Part shown: in pieces, positions 1 through 16,914 of the stretch
How positions within the stretch are numbered: the first letter of the stretch is position 1
How the letters are laid out: the number at the start of each line of letters is the position of its first letter
Source of the DNA: the human T2T-CHM13v2.0 reference genome, Homo sapiens
Length of the DNA stretch: 64,000 nt
Strand: one strand, 5' to 3'
Assembly: GCF_009914755.1 (NCBI RefSeq)
Contig: NC_060932.1
The notes under the pieces: model-generated
Told to the model about the DNA's origin: nothing
The model's input: only the letters and a program-made list of their open reading frames with translations
The model's database searches: none
Made by a program: the position numbers and the translations under genes

Positions 1-124
1 TGATCTTTAGGGAGACCGTTCTCTTTCCTCCATGACTTTTGAACCTATGTCAGTGTTATCTCTCCTTCCCATCTGCTTCTCTCACCATTTGAGGATATTC
101 TTGAGACACTGAGGGTGCAGAGTA

Positions 125-826
125 AGTAATCTCTTAGTGTCCATGGGGGATTGTTTCCAAGACCCTCCCTCAACCGCTGATACCATAATTCAAAGATGCT
201 CATGTCTTATATAAAACGGTGTAGTATTTGCTTAAAATCCATGCATATCCTCCTGTATACTTCAAATTCCTTCTAGATTACTTATAATACCTAATACAAT
301 GTAAATTATATTATGTATATTTGTTAGTCTGTTCTCATGCTGCTAATAAAGATATACCTAAGACTGGATAATTTATAAAGAAAAAGAGGTTTAATGGACT
401 CACAGTTCCAAATCGCTGAGGAGGCCTCACAGTCATGGCAGAAGAGAAAGGAAGAGCAAAAGGACGTCATACATGGTGGCAGGTAAGAGAGCTTGTGCAG
501 GGAGAACTCCCATTTATAAAACCATCAGATATTGTGAGAGTTATCACTACCACAATATGGGGGAACCACCCCCATGATTCAATTATTTCCACCTGGCCTG
601 GCCCTTGACACGTGAGGATTGTTACAATTCAAGGTGAGATTTGGGTGGGGACACAGTCAAACCATATCATTATGTAAATAGTTATTATACTGTATTGTTT
701 AGGGAATAATGACAAGAAAAAAGTCTTTACGTGTTCAGTGTAGACAAAATTCATTTTCCAAACATTTTTTATCTGAAGGTGGTTGCATCAATGGGTGAAG
801 GACCCACAGATTGGGAAGGCCAACTG
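125..826 (+). mobile_element. MER2 (TcMar-Tigger MITE) split by a THE1 LTR; MER2 parts ~125-315 and 670-826
   Basis: Matches MER2 motifs ggggattg(g)ttcca, tagattacttataatacctaatacaatgtaaat, tttagggaataatgacaagaaaa and the terminal ggccaactg. Confidence 0.85.
316..669 (-). mobile_element. THE1 (B/C-like) MaLR solo LTR
   Basis: Reverse strand begins TGATATGGTTTG; typical THE1 body; 5-bp TSD ttatg at 311-315 and 670-674. Confidence 0.9.
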
Positions 827-2467
827 TGTTTGTTAAACTGAAGCAAACTAAAGTTTACTGTTGTCCGTGCTGGGCTAAGGACCCTCTTTCATGCTTTGCT
901 AGTGTCATCTTCATATCTTCGTTTTTGTACTTACTGAAAATTTGCTATTTAATGTATGTGGACTTAATTTTTCTTGAATTTAAAAATAATATTTTGAGTG
1001 AATAGATAGTCCTATTATTTTCAAAATTGTTAAACCCATCTTGAATAGCAGAGTTGAAGCATCACAGTAACTCCTGACATTGAGCAAGGGGAGATATTGA
1101 GGAACTAAAACATGAGTGAACATTTACAGGGCAAAAATCTGTCCAAAGGAGTAGAATTTCAATATTTCAGCATTGGAGGCCAGTCATTAATATGACATCG
1201 AGACCATGAAGGGGAGATGTTGGGGTACGGAATGGTGTGTTCTGGCAGAGAATAGATATCCGATGAGACATTCTGAATTGTGAAAGTTTCCACATGGGAG
1301 ATTTTCCAAGGAGTCAAAAATATATTAGAATCAATAAATGTCAGTAGCTTGCTTAGGCTTTTAAACCATTTTAATGTAGGAATATAAAGGCCTTGGCATA
1401 AACAAAAGCTAACTGTTCAGCCAGATCCACATGACTTGGATCATCTAAGATACTCACCTGACCTTGTCTTAGTTTAAATCCTGTTTTTAATCACTGCTGA
1501 GTTGTAATTCTTAGATGCTGAAAGGCAGATGAGGTAAAAATGTGTGGTACACATGTCTTTTCAACAGCATGGCCATATGTTGAGAATATTTGTGGTTCAA
1601 ATTAAAGTTTAAGACACTCCGTGCCATTTAATGAATTCTAGGCTAGCAATGATAAATAAACATTGACTCAGCAACACTGTTTGTTTTATGTGCTTGAGAC
1701 TTTACTTTGGACTGAGCCCTATAAACACACATGCACTTCTAACAGGACCGGCATTAACATAATACTCTGTGATACCAAGAAAATCTGGTCTGAAACATCA
1801 GCTCTGCCTGGATGAACAGCTCCATTTACTTATTACAAGAAACCATGGAAAATTGCATTTACAGCAGCAGTCTTATTTAATAACCTTCTATACTGGGTAC
1901 AATTTTAAGGTCACTTAAGAAATCCTGCAATTATTATTGCTTAATTTGAGACCAACTGATGGGGGATATCATGTTGTCTCTCTCCCACTTATTTTTCTAC
2001 TTGGTGACATTTATAAATGGTGAAGTTTGCATAGTATTAATAATTCAGCACCACTTCATTCTTTACATCTACCATGGATTTCCATAGTGGATTGCGGCTT
2101 TTGACAAATAATTGTTCAGGCTGGTACTAGGGAAGTCCCAGAAATTAACTTAACATGAGACAATTCATCTTCCAAAGCTAGAGGAGGGCTTCCATAGAAT
2201 ACCTGTTGGTAGCTGAGTGCAGTTAACTCACAAGGGAAGGTTTACTTAGAATGGCTGTTAATCAGGCCCACCAAGAGTTTCTTAGGTGCTTATTCTTAGA
2301 ATCACCAGAATATAATTTTGTCTGCTGACATAATTCTTCATTGGAGTTGGCATACTTGAAAAAAATTCTATAATCAATCACCCTTATGTTATGTAATTTT
2401 TAGGCTTCAATTAACAGGAAGTACAAAAGAAAACTACATGTATTCCATTAATCAGAAAAATTGTGAT

Positions 2468-2579
2468 CTGGGTGCGGTGGCTCACCTCTGTGATCCCAGA
2501 GACTTGGGAGGCTCAGACAGGAGGACTTCTTGAGACCAGGAGTTCGAGACCAGCCTGGACAATTTAATGAGAACCCTAT
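2468..2579 (+). mobile_element. FLAM/Alu left monomer, interrupted near its 3' end by MLT2A
   Basis: ctgggtgcggtggctcac...aggagttcgagaccagcctgg; the remainder (cctgtcttta) resumes at 3028. Confidence 0.8.
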
Positions 2580-3027
2580 TGTGATGGTTAATATTAAGCG
2601 TCAACTTGATTGAATCGAAGTATTGTTTCTGGCTATGTCTGTGAGAGTGTTGCCAGAGGAAATTAACATTTGAGTCCGTTTACTGAGAGAGACAGGCCCA
2701 CCCTCAATCTGCGTGGGTACCATCTAACTGGCTACCAGTGTGGCTAGAAAAAACAGGTGGAAAAAGATGGAATGAACTGACTTGCTGAGTCTTCTGGCCT
2801 CCACCTTTCTCCCGTGCTGGATGCTTCCTGCCCTTGAACATCAGACTCCAAGTTTTGGGACTCAGACTGAGTCACTACTGGCATCCTTGATCCTCAGCTT
2901 GCTGACAGCCTATCGTGAGACTTCACCTTGTGATCGTGTGAGTCAGTTCTCCTTACTAAACTTCCATTCATTCATATATCTATATATTCTATTAGTTCTG
3001 TCCCTCTAGAAAACCCTGACTAATATA
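2580..3027 (+). mobile_element. MLT2A-type (HERV-L) solo LTR
   Basis: Starts tgtgatggttaatatt, ends ttctgtccctctagaaaaccctgactaatata; 5-bp TSD cctat/cctgt. Confidence 0.88.
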
Positions 3028-3651
3028 CCTGTCTTTATAAATGAATTAATGAATGAAAGAAATTGTGGTTCTTAGGGAGCAGTATTAGTTTTGAGGACAA
3101 GTCCTCTGGCAATACCTTGACAATTGCAGGCCGCATTCCTGGTCAGAACTTTCTGCCCCTACTCTCTGTTCCTTTTTTTCTGCTGGCAAACTGACTTAGA
3201 CAACAGGAAAAGAAACTAGATATTTACTTCTTCTTTTAATTTTTTTTTCAAGGAAAAACTCCCTTAAAACACCAAATTGCAAGTCTAAAATTTTCTATTT
3301 CTTTCCTCAACTTTTCAGAATCAAATGAACTTCCCTAAATGAAAATACTTGTAGCCCAAATTACATTTTCACTCAAGACACATCCTGATAGGTATCCTTT
3401 AAGTTTTACAATTCTTTTACATTCCTGAGCAACCAAAATCTGTCAGGCAAAAATTTCACACTCGAGGCCTGTATGTTCCAAAATAAGAAAAGAGGAAGAG
3501 TGAAAGTATATCTGTTTTATTGTCTTCTCTGAGGACGGGCTTTAAAAAAAATTCTTCCCTGCATCTATTTTTGTATTTCTATGGTGGTTTGAATGCATTC
3601 TCCATTGGAGATTGTCAAGTTCTCCCAGGGTATCTCCAAGTGGAGGTGGCT

Positions 3652-4019
3652 TGAAATGGTCTGAATGTTTGTGTTGCTCTAAAATTCATCTATTGAAAAC
3701 TAATCCCCAGTGTGATGGCATTAGGAAGTGGGGCCTTTGGAAGGTGATTAGGTCAAAAGGACGAAGCCCTCATGAATGGGATTAGCGTCCTTATAAAAGA
3801 GGCTTCAGAGAGCTGCCTTTCCCTTTCCAACTAGTCTTTCAGGACTTAATGAAAAGGCACCATCCATGAGCCAGGAAACACATCCTCACCAGATACTGGA
3901 TTTGTCAGTACCTTGATCTTGGAGTTGTCAGCCTCCAGAACTATGAGAAATAAATTTCTGTTGTTTATAAGCGACTCAGTCTATGGTATTTTTGTAGCAG
4001 CCCAAATGGACCTAAGACA
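3652..4019 (+). mobile_element. MLT1A/MST-type MaLR solo LTR
   Basis: atggtctgaatgtttgtg...gggcctttggaaggtgattagg...cagcctccagaactatgagaaataaatttctgttg...taagaca; TSD tggct/tgggt. Confidence 0.85.
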
Positions 4020-4554
4020 TGGGTGAAAGAGTAGAATGTGGCACCATACTCTGAATTATCTGCCCGAGCCCCTGTATTGAATTCTCGACTTATTGGTTAA
4101 TGATGTTTCTAAGATGAAGGCCATCCTGGACCCCCAATCCTTGAATCCTTCTAATGTGGCAGTGAGTATTCCCCACTGGAATCCTGAGGAAGACATAGCC
4201 CAGGCTCTAAACAAAGGTATCCTTTATTATTGGCTGGAAATTCGGTCACCATTCCCTTTCTAGGGTGAACTGGAGTGGGTCTTTGTAGAGCTTCAAAGGC
4301 TGTTTCTTGCAATGTAGTCCCAGACTACCTTCACCAGAGTCATTTGGGGTACGTGTAAAAATAAAGATTTATGGCCCCCATTCTTCAAAAATATAAGTTT
4401 ATAAAAGTGCTCTATACGTGATTCTGATGTGCAATCAGAATGTCAAAACTTTTATAGAAGCCCCAAACTGGAAGCAGATATGATTAGTTAGTTTCGTTTA
4501 ATGTTCTCTTTCCCTTTGGCCTATGATTAGATGTACCTAATATATTGACAGTAT

Positions 4555-5357
<803 letters not shown>

Positions 5358-6200
5358 GTATCCCCAGTTCTGTATAAGTGCATGCTTATCACTAAAGATA
5401 ATGGAGAGAGATGTAAGAGAGAATTGTCAAGAGAATATGACATATGACCTAAGTTCCACCTGTCTCTTGAATCAGTTAAATGAAGTCACCATGGGACATT
5501 CTGATGCCAATTCTGGTGCCAACTCATCCACCAAGACGTGAAGTCTGCTGAAAATTACAGCATTCACGGGGAGAAGAAAAATAGCAAGAGGAAATCTTAA
5601 ATTGATTGAATTTATCTGCATTTCCAACCAGAAACTATTGGGAATTGGCGATGTTACATTTTTTACCATTAGCAGTAATGGAGGCTTCATAACTAAATTA
5701 GAGTCAGTTACTGAGAAAACATAAGAGTCTATCAACATGAAATATTAGACAAGACATAATTAAAAATAGTTATTTACAGTTCAGTATTAGAGTTTTCATG
5801 TAGAAATTTCTTCCCAGCATTACTTGGGATATTTAAAATGGGCTTTTTCTTTGAATATTGAGAAAACTCAATGGAGAAATGAGGAAAATGGGAGAAAAGT
5901 ATAGTAGTTCTTTGTATGAGTTAAAGCTTAACAACATCATAGTTACTGGTTCCAAGGAGTCCACTGACATCAAGTCAAAAGTAAGAGCAGGAGATGTGGA
6001 GACAAATCTTAAGGTGGACAAGTCTGGGAACCTGAACAGAAGCATGTGAAAAGAAGCAGCTCAGTGGTCAGGATCTGCTCAGTTGTTCTGGCTTATTTTG
6101 GCTGTTGCCATGTTGAAGTGTGTTCTTATGGCCCTGTATTGGTAATGAGGACTTGTGTTTGCAATTAAATAAATGTTAATATGTTTTTACACATAACATA

Positions 6201-6581
6201 TGATATGGTTTGGCTGTGTCCCACCCAAATCTCATCTCAAATTGTAATCCCCATGTGTCAAGGGAGGGACCTGTAATCCCCAGGTGTTGAGGGAGGGAGG
6301 TGATTGGATCATGGGGGAGGTTTCCCTCTTGCTGTTCTCATGATAGTGAGTTCTTATGAGATCTGATGGTTTTAGAAATGTTTGGAAGTTCCTCCTTCAC
6401 TCTCTCTTTCCTGCCGCCTTGTGAAGAAAGTACTTGCTGCTTCTTTTCCTTCTGCTATGTTTGTAAGTTTCCTGAGGCCTCCCCAGCCATGCCGAACTGT
6501 GAGTCAATTAAACCTCTTTCCTTTATAAATTGCCCAGTCTCAGGTAGTACCTTTATAGCAGTGTGAAAACAGACTAATACA
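6201..6581 (+). mobile_element. THE1D-like MaLR solo LTR
   Basis: tgatatggtttggctgtgtccc...gactaataca; TSD acata/gcata. Confidence 0.92.
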
Positions 6582-6819
6582 GCATACTTTATTACAACTC
6601 CTATGAGTGGTATCCTTAGAAATATCACTCGTTTTGTCTTGGAAGCAAAATAAGTCCTCAAATGGACAATTTTGACTCTTGATTCTGTGTAATGCTATTA
6701 ACTTTGCTAGGCAATCTGAATGTTATGTTATGAGAATACTATCCAATAGTGTTTGCTGAAATTTTCAGTGTTTGAATGTTTGCTACAGTCTACAGTTACA
6801 TGTAAATACTACTAAACTA

Positions 6820-7218
<399 letters not shown>

Positions 7219-7469
7219 TTATGAGATTATAACTTATGAGAATTAACTTTGCAAATTCTTGAGAATTCCTGGGAATACCACTTTTTCATTCCTGTGTCCC
7301 AAACATAAATATCTGTCAGAAATTTGGAAACATTAAGGGTAGTATTTTATTTTGAAAATGTCTTTAAAAATTTGAGATAAAAGTTGGGACATTTTCTTAG
7401 CGATGTCATTCAAGATTCCTACAGATGAAGCCCTATAAAACAAGTTCACAATCCTAATTATATAATAAA

Positions 7470-7990
7470 ACAATAAACTATATGAGAGTCAGACTCATTG
7501 GATGAGTTAAAAATCAGATTATAGTTAGACAAAGAGAAAATGATTAATGGAAAATTTATTTGAAGAATTTTGTGTATGTAACACAAAGATACATAGAGAT
7601 GAGAAATATTAAAGAGATATGAAAGATGTGATAAGGAAGTCCAACATATAAAAGTCAAGCTGAAGTTCCAGAAAGAGCAAAGAGAGGATGAGAGATAGAC
7701 AATATTTGAAAAGATAATGCCTTGGAACTTCCAGAAATGGCTAAAGACACAAATTCTCAGATTTAGGAAGCGCAGCAAGTGTCAATCAAAGAATATGATT
7801 TTAGAAGCATCAAAAGAAAAAATCATGTTACTTAAAAGGAAAATTACAGTTAAACTGCCAGCAGATTTGTCAACAAAAAGAAATAGAAGTTAGTAGAATA
7901 ATAGACGCAAAGTATTAAGAGAACATTACTGTCAATCTAGAATTTAATAATAAAGGCAAAACAAAATTTTACTAACACAAATACTAACAA
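7470..7990 (+). mobile_element. Old L1M/HAL1 ORF1 fragment
   Basis: A-rich degenerate ORF1 motifs (gaagttccagaa, caatatttgaaaagataatg, gtcaatctagaatt). Confidence 0.65.
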
Positions 7991-8093
7991 AAACTGAGGG
8001 CAAAGAAACAACAAGGTGAATAACAAGATGAAATAAACACTTAAACATTTTATGTAACATGCCAGAGGGTGATTTAAAGATTTCTGAAGCCTC

Positions 8094-8465
<372 letters not shown>

Positions 8466-8479
8466 CTAAAAGTAATGGA

Positions 8480-10640
8480 GAGGGGTTCTGTTTCAGGATA
8501 AGATGAAGTAAGCATGCTTCCCCTGTTTCTTCTACTTAATGCAGCTATAAAATCTGGACAGAATGCACAGAGCAGCTATTTGAGGACTTTGAAAAGTAGA
8601 GTAGCAGGCAGATTCAGGAAGAAGGCAAGAACTGGAAATACCACTGAAGTGGTAGTGAATTTACCATTCCCCCTTCCGGGTCCAGTATTTCCCTCAGGCT
8701 GGATCCAACACAGCCCAGCCCCAAAGTGGATATCAGTGGGGATGTGGGGAGAGGGAGAATGAGCACCAGGAGAAGTCCTAGTTATGGATTAGTCCTAGTT
8801 ATGTATATGTATTTTTCTACTGAGAATTAGAAAGGAATATTTTAAACAGTCAGAGACTGTGAAAATCACCCATTTCCCCCACTCTGTTTTCTCATGCCCC
8901 ATCTCTCCAGCATTCCTGTAGAGATTTTGGCAGCAGCAGAAACAAGGGCCTGTAGGAGCCTAAATCTCTGAGGGAGGCGATCTTCCTTTTTGATTAGAGA
9001 AGGAGTGGTCCTAAGTGGGTGGAATAAACTCCTAAGCTTTTTTTTTTTTTTTTCCTCATTGTGTCCTCTCACCATTTGGCCCCAAAGTGGTTGCAACCAT
9101 AGGAAGTACATAACAGAGCAGGGTCAATAATGCCCCCAGAGGATGGAAAGCACAGAGGTCTGGAAAAGGGAAGCACTAGAGAACAGGAAAGTACTGGAGC
9201 AATTTCAGAGAGGGAGAACTTTGAGAAAGTGACTCTTCAAGTTGTTTATGAATTCCTGAGCTCACCCTTGAGTTGTGCAAGCCTGGATCTTTAAAAAAGC
9301 ATATGTAGACTTTGAGATTCAAACTATCGGCTAGATTACTACCAAATTCCGACACTAGTCAATGGCAAATGTGTACACCAGGCAGATCAGAATAGTACTG
9401 GTTTGTAAATGCTGTAGAAATGGAAATGACATTAGAACCACAACCCCCAGAAAGTGGATTGACTTTAATCTGATCAATTGAATGCCCAAATAAAAACAAT
9501 CAATACTATCTGTTGGACTTGATCAATATCCAGAGTCCCTTAACATAATATTCAAAATGTCTTCAATGTAATCCAAATTACTTGGCATATGAAGCATCAA
9601 GAAATCACATGGGAAAATACAATCGACAGATGCCTATGTTGGGATAATAAAGATGTTGGAGTTATGTGACAAGGGCTTTCAAGCAACTATTATAACACTA
9701 CTCGAATAAGAGCAAGCATTCTTGAAATGTATGGAAAGATAGAAAGTATTGGTGAACTAATACAAGAGATGAAGAACAACCAAATGGAAATTTAATAAGT
9801 AATTTCATCTGAATAACTGGAATAAAAAAACCCACCCCAAGGTCATTGGCTGAGCTCCATAGCAGAATGGAAATGACAGAGGAAAGAGTCACTGAACTTG
9901 AAGATAAATCAATAGAAATTATCCAATTTGAACAAGAGAGAAAAACGTTAAAAGAAGAAGGAAAATTAAAAAGAAAAAAAAAAAGAACAGAGCCTCAGGT
10001 ACTTGTAGGACAATACCAAAAGGTCTAACACTGATGTCATCAGAGTCTCAGAATGAGGATAAAGAATGCAAAACTGAGTGAAGATTTCAAAAACTTAATG
10101 ATTGAAAACCTCCCAAATTTAGTGAAACACAAAGCCTATAGCTTCAAGAAACTCCATGAACCCCAAGCAAGATAAACACAAAAGAATACATGTCCAGACA
10201 CATAATAATCAAACTGCTTGAAAACTAAAGACGAAAAAAATTATTCAAAGCAAACAGAGAAAAAAAGGTGTTACCTGTAGGGAAAATAACTCCAGTGATG
10301 GTTGATTCTAATTCAACACCAGGGAGGGCAGAAAGGAGTGGTACACTTCTAGATTGCTCAATGAAAAGAACTCTCAATCCAAAATTTATGTCTAGCAAAG
10401 ATATCCTTCCAGAGTGAAAGAGTAATAAAAAGAGTCTCAGATGAAGCAAAGCTGCTTTAAAAGAATTGCTTTAAGAGAGTTAGTTAGAAGAGAAATGATA
10501 CCAGAAGAAAACTTGATATATTAGGAATTATAGAACAGCAATAATGTATATACCTGGGTAAACATAATAGATGATGAGTTCTTCTAAGTAACTTTGAAAA
10601 TTGAAAGCAGAAATTTTAACATCATTTTAAAACAATTTAT
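8480..10640 (+). mobile_element. Old L1M (MC/MD-type) 5' end and degenerate ORF1
   Basis: L1M 5' start, then ORF1 remnants (track ORF 9846-10028 LHSRMEMTEERVTELEDKSIEIIQ is the coiled-coil region). Confidence 0.8.
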
Positions 10641-10659
10641 TTCAAAATAATAGAAGAAA

Positions 10660-12445
10660 AGCATGAAACTGGCAGATTGGAGGCATCGTTAGCATGCCTC
10701 CCCCACTTGGAAAGAAAATATTAATAGTGTGTAGAGATTCACCCTGAACTTTTTCCAAGAAGCAACACAGTAGCTTAACAGGACAACTGAAAGAAACCAC
10801 AGACCCTTTGAAATATGTGGTGGGCTGCCACCTACATTGTGAGCCAGGCAGAAAACTGTAAGTCCACAGAGTGTGAGTGGGGGATAAACTGCCTCTGGGA
10901 TACACACACCTACTGGGCAACCTGGCAGTCCAGGCCTCAGGAAAAAGCCTTATCCCTGCCCAGAGCTGGGGCTGATTTAGTGAGTGATGGGAAGCATATG
11001 AGAAGGAGAAACATAGGGGTGTGCTCTGCATGCACTCCCAGTCTCCAGTGGGGATAGAGGGAAGCCATTCCTGACCTTACTTCACAGTGGACCTCACAGA
11101 AGTCTGCCAGCTAACTCAGGTGGCAGTCACTGGTTGAGAGAAACCCCTAACTGTGAGAGAGGTTCTGGCCAAGGGGGACTGTGAGAGAGGTTCTGGCCAA
11201 GTAGGGATTTCAACCCTACTTGAGATTCTCAATATAATCTCTAGTGGGGATGATCCCCCTTTGCCAGAACCAAGGGGTCATGGACTAGGAGGGTCATGGC
11301 TGGAAAGCAGTGGTTTCTGTCTCTGCAGGGAGGCTTATGGCCCTGGTGCAGTTTTCAGATCTGAGCTCAGACTACCTAGAACCTAACTAGCTGCTGCTAG
11401 CGGAGCACTGTGAGCAGAGGCAGCTATGCTCTTCCCTGGATCATTACCCCAGTGGCCAGAGAACTGCCCTCTGATCCCCACTGGGACTACTTATTGTGCC
11501 ATATGTGGGAAGCCAGAGTGTGGACTTGCCCGACCCAGCCCCAACCTGGCTTTGCCCCTCCACCTGCCCTGGTAGCTTAACACAAAGGACAGAAACTTTT
11601 GGGAGCTCTGTGGCTCTGCTCATTGCCTGAGACGCCATTGAGCCTCCCCTGGGTAACATGAGGCATGCACAAATCTCTGCCACCTCTTGGCTGGAGGCCA
11701 ATAAACACAGTCCATTACAACATCTGCAAGCAGAATAACACAGTGCCCAGGAAAGAGAAAACTTTCGCTGAAGCTGAACCTCAGCTATCATCATTGCCTG
11801 CAGCACCCGGGCTAACCAGGAGGTCCTGAGTCTGTTCTGTCCACATGACTAGTTCGTTACTACTACAACTGGCATTTCAGAAAGCCAGTGCACTAAGGCT
11901 ATTTATAACCAAGGAACCTCACAGAGTCTACATCAGTCTCCTGCCACCCCCATCAGAGCTGGTTCTGGTACGCATTGCTGGGAGACTTGAGGACAGGTCA
12001 CATCATTGGGTCACTTGAAGACATTCCTTAGCACCAGCCTGGAGTGTGGCAGTCCCACTGGGCAGCTAGACCCACAGGAGTAGAAGCATTCACAGTATTC
12101 TCACCTTCAGGGACTCCTGCTCCTAGGGGGAAGGGGAGTGCACTGCATCAAAGGAGCACCCTGTGGAACAAAAGAATTCAGACAGCAGAACTTGAATCCC
12201 AGCACTTTCCACTTATGAAAAGTTTTTTTTTTTGTTTTTTTGTTTTTTGTTTTTTTTTTTTTTTAACAGAGGCATAGTGCACTGCTGGGCTTGGGAAGGA
12301 AAGTCGGCAGCTCTACCCCAATAGTCAGGTAGCCCTGGTGCTCGTGAAGTTTCTTGGAGAAGGGTACTTCTTCTCCCCCTCATTCACCACTCAGACACAG
12401 CTGGGGTTTCTCCCATGGGAGCTTGGAGTGGGTGCACTTGTAAAC
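10660..12445 (+). mobile_element. L1PB-type 5' UTR (isolated)
   Basis: GC-richer block starting ggcagattggaggcatcgttagcatgcc, with the gccccaacctggctttgcccctccacctgccctggtagct motif typical of L1PB 5' ends. Confidence 0.75.
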
Positions 12446-14805
<2,360 letters not shown>

Positions 14806-14809
14806 CGGG

Positions 14810-15535
14810 TTTGGGGATTTGCCTATTTTAAAATTGGGATGCTTGCTTTTCTTGTCATTGAGTTGTAAGAGTTTATGTATTCTGGACACTAGACCCAAGA
14901 GAGCTATTATTTGAAAATATTTTCCTACACCCTGTAGGTTGCCTTTTCTTGATAATGTCTTTTAATAGAAAACATTTTTAAATTTAATGACATTATATTT
15001 ATTTTTTCTTTTCTTGCTCATGCTTTTGGTGTCATATCCAAGAATCTATTGCCAAATCCAAGGTTATTAAGAATTATCTCTGTTTTCTTCTAGGGGTTCT
15101 CTGGTTTCAGCTTTTATACTTAGGGCATTGATCTATTTTCAGCTAATTTTTATATATGGTGTGATGTAGCCAGTCCACCTTCATTCTTTTGCATGTGGAT
15201 ATCCAGTTTCTCAGCACCATTTGTTGAAGAGACCATTTTCCCCATTGAAATGGTTTTGGGACTCTTGATGACAAAAAATTGGCCATACATATATGGATTT
15301 ATTTCTGAGCTCTCAATTCTATTCCATTGGTCTATATGTTTGTCCTTATGACAATACCACACTGTTTTAATTACTGTAGTTTTGCAGTAGGTTTTGAGAT
15401 TCGGAAATATGAGGCCTCCAACTTTGTTCTTTTTCTGGATTGTTTTGGCTGTTTGGGATCCCATGCAATTCCATATAAATTTGAAGACTGGCTTTTTTAT
15501 TTCTGCAAGAAGAGGCTATTGGAATTTTGGTGGGA
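14810..15535 (-). mobile_element. L1M (MB-like) ORF2 3' fragment
   Basis: Track ORF 15150-15464 KNKVGGLIFPNLKTYCKTTVIKTVWY...IDQWNRIES is L1 ORF2. Confidence 0.9.
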
Positions 15536-15894
15536 ACTTCATTTTTTAAATTATAGTGGAGTGTCATAAAAAATGGAAGTGGTCAGTCTTTTATGCTCAG
15601 GCCCTGGTTGAGTATCAACATAATAAAGTAGGAAAAGCCTGGCATTTGTAATTTATAGACCCAGGTTCATGTTTCTGGATCAGTTGCTTAATTTTCAGGG
15701 CCTTACTTTCTACACTTAGGAAATGAAGGTATCAAAGAGAACTCTAAGCTTCCTTTAACTCTTATATATTATAATTGTAGGTTAGCATAGAATAAAGCCA
15801 AGTAAAATGTTGGTGAGAAATTTCAGAGGATAAAGGATTCTAATGGTTCACTGTCCTATAACAACACAAACAGTAACAACAGCAGCAGTAACAA

Positions 15895-16090
15895 CACCTG
15901 CAGCTACCGTCTCTTGAATGTGTCAGATGCTGTGCGGAGTGCTTTGCATTACCTACTTCATTTCTTCCTTAATGTGACTCTCTGAAGTAGTTATTATTAT
16001 CACCATTATACAGATAAAGACAACGAACATCAGTTTGTCTTTTGTGTTCAAGGTTATGTGGGTAGTAGATAGTAGAAATGGGACCAAAGT
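15895..16090 (-). mobile_element. MIR fragment
   Basis: tgtcagatgctgtgc...attattatcaccattatacagata core. Confidence 0.65.
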
Positions 16091-16207
16091 GTGTTCATTG
16101 TAAATTACACTGTGGTATACTGATTCCTGTATTTTTTTTTTAATGTTTCAGCAATCTAGTGGTTAATGCTTTTTATTTTATTTTAAGTTCTGGGGTACAT
16201 GTGCCAT

Positions 16208-16237
16208 GGTGGGGCCTGGTTATTACTTGGATGGGAG
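16208..16237 (+). pseudogene. 5S rRNA fragment
   Basis: ggtggggcctggttattacttggatgggag versus 5S GGTCGGGCCTGGTTAGTACTTGGATGGGAG (28/30). Confidence 0.75.
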
Positions 16238-16343
16238 CCTGAGTCTTTTTTATTATAAGTATTTTTCTTTTCCATCCTGAAACTCTTCTCTTTCCTCATC
16301 TTTATTGCTTTCACTTATATCATAGCTCTGGGATAATCAGAAG

Positions 16344-16401
16344 AGATAGATGATACATAGATAGATAGATAGATAGATGATAGATAGATAGATAGACAGA
16401 T
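16344..16401 (+). repeat. Compound (AGAT)n tetranucleotide STR
   Basis: gataga tgatacatag atagatagat... with gat/acat/agac interruptions. Confidence 0.95.
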
Positions 16402-16914
16402 ATTACTATTGTGGACTTAAAAGGATTGCTTTTCTATTGGGTGAAGCAACTCCAATTGCTCTTCTCATGGGGACAGAAACATTGACCAAGCTTCTGATCT
16501 GTGCAGAGGCAAGGAGGCAGTAATAAACCTTGCCCTAAAATGTAGTTTTACTCCCCAGGTTAAATAGTTAAAAACATTGGAAATAACTTAAAGCTCCAGG
16601 TTGTCAACACTCAAAGTAACAAAACATTTCTTTTTGTAGGTTCTTTTTTTTTTCCCTATAGGGTTTATTACATGTGCTTTTTTTCTGAACTGAAATTAAG
16701 CAAACTGGAAGGAAAATAAAAAGGAAACAATCAGAGAACTTAGTATTGGCTCCCACACAAGTATTTGGGATGAAGAGTACTTGTCACTATTGTCATGAGT
16801 AACAAGAATGTCATATTTCCCCATTTCTAAAAACAAAAGCCTACAACCTGAAGAGCTAAGATTCTTGCCTGGGAGTGAGTGGGTGAAAGTGATGGTAACC
16901 ATATTGAACAAATT

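Noticed and set aside
5400-6100. Unique block with short ORFs on both strands
   Set aside because: No recognisable protein similarity, splice structure or processed-pseudogene hallmarks
11150-11201. 24-bp tandem duplication in the L1PB 5' UTR (similar small duplications at ~7216-7241, 8774-8802, 20909-20936, 35230-35300)
   Set aside because: Ordinary slippage duplications
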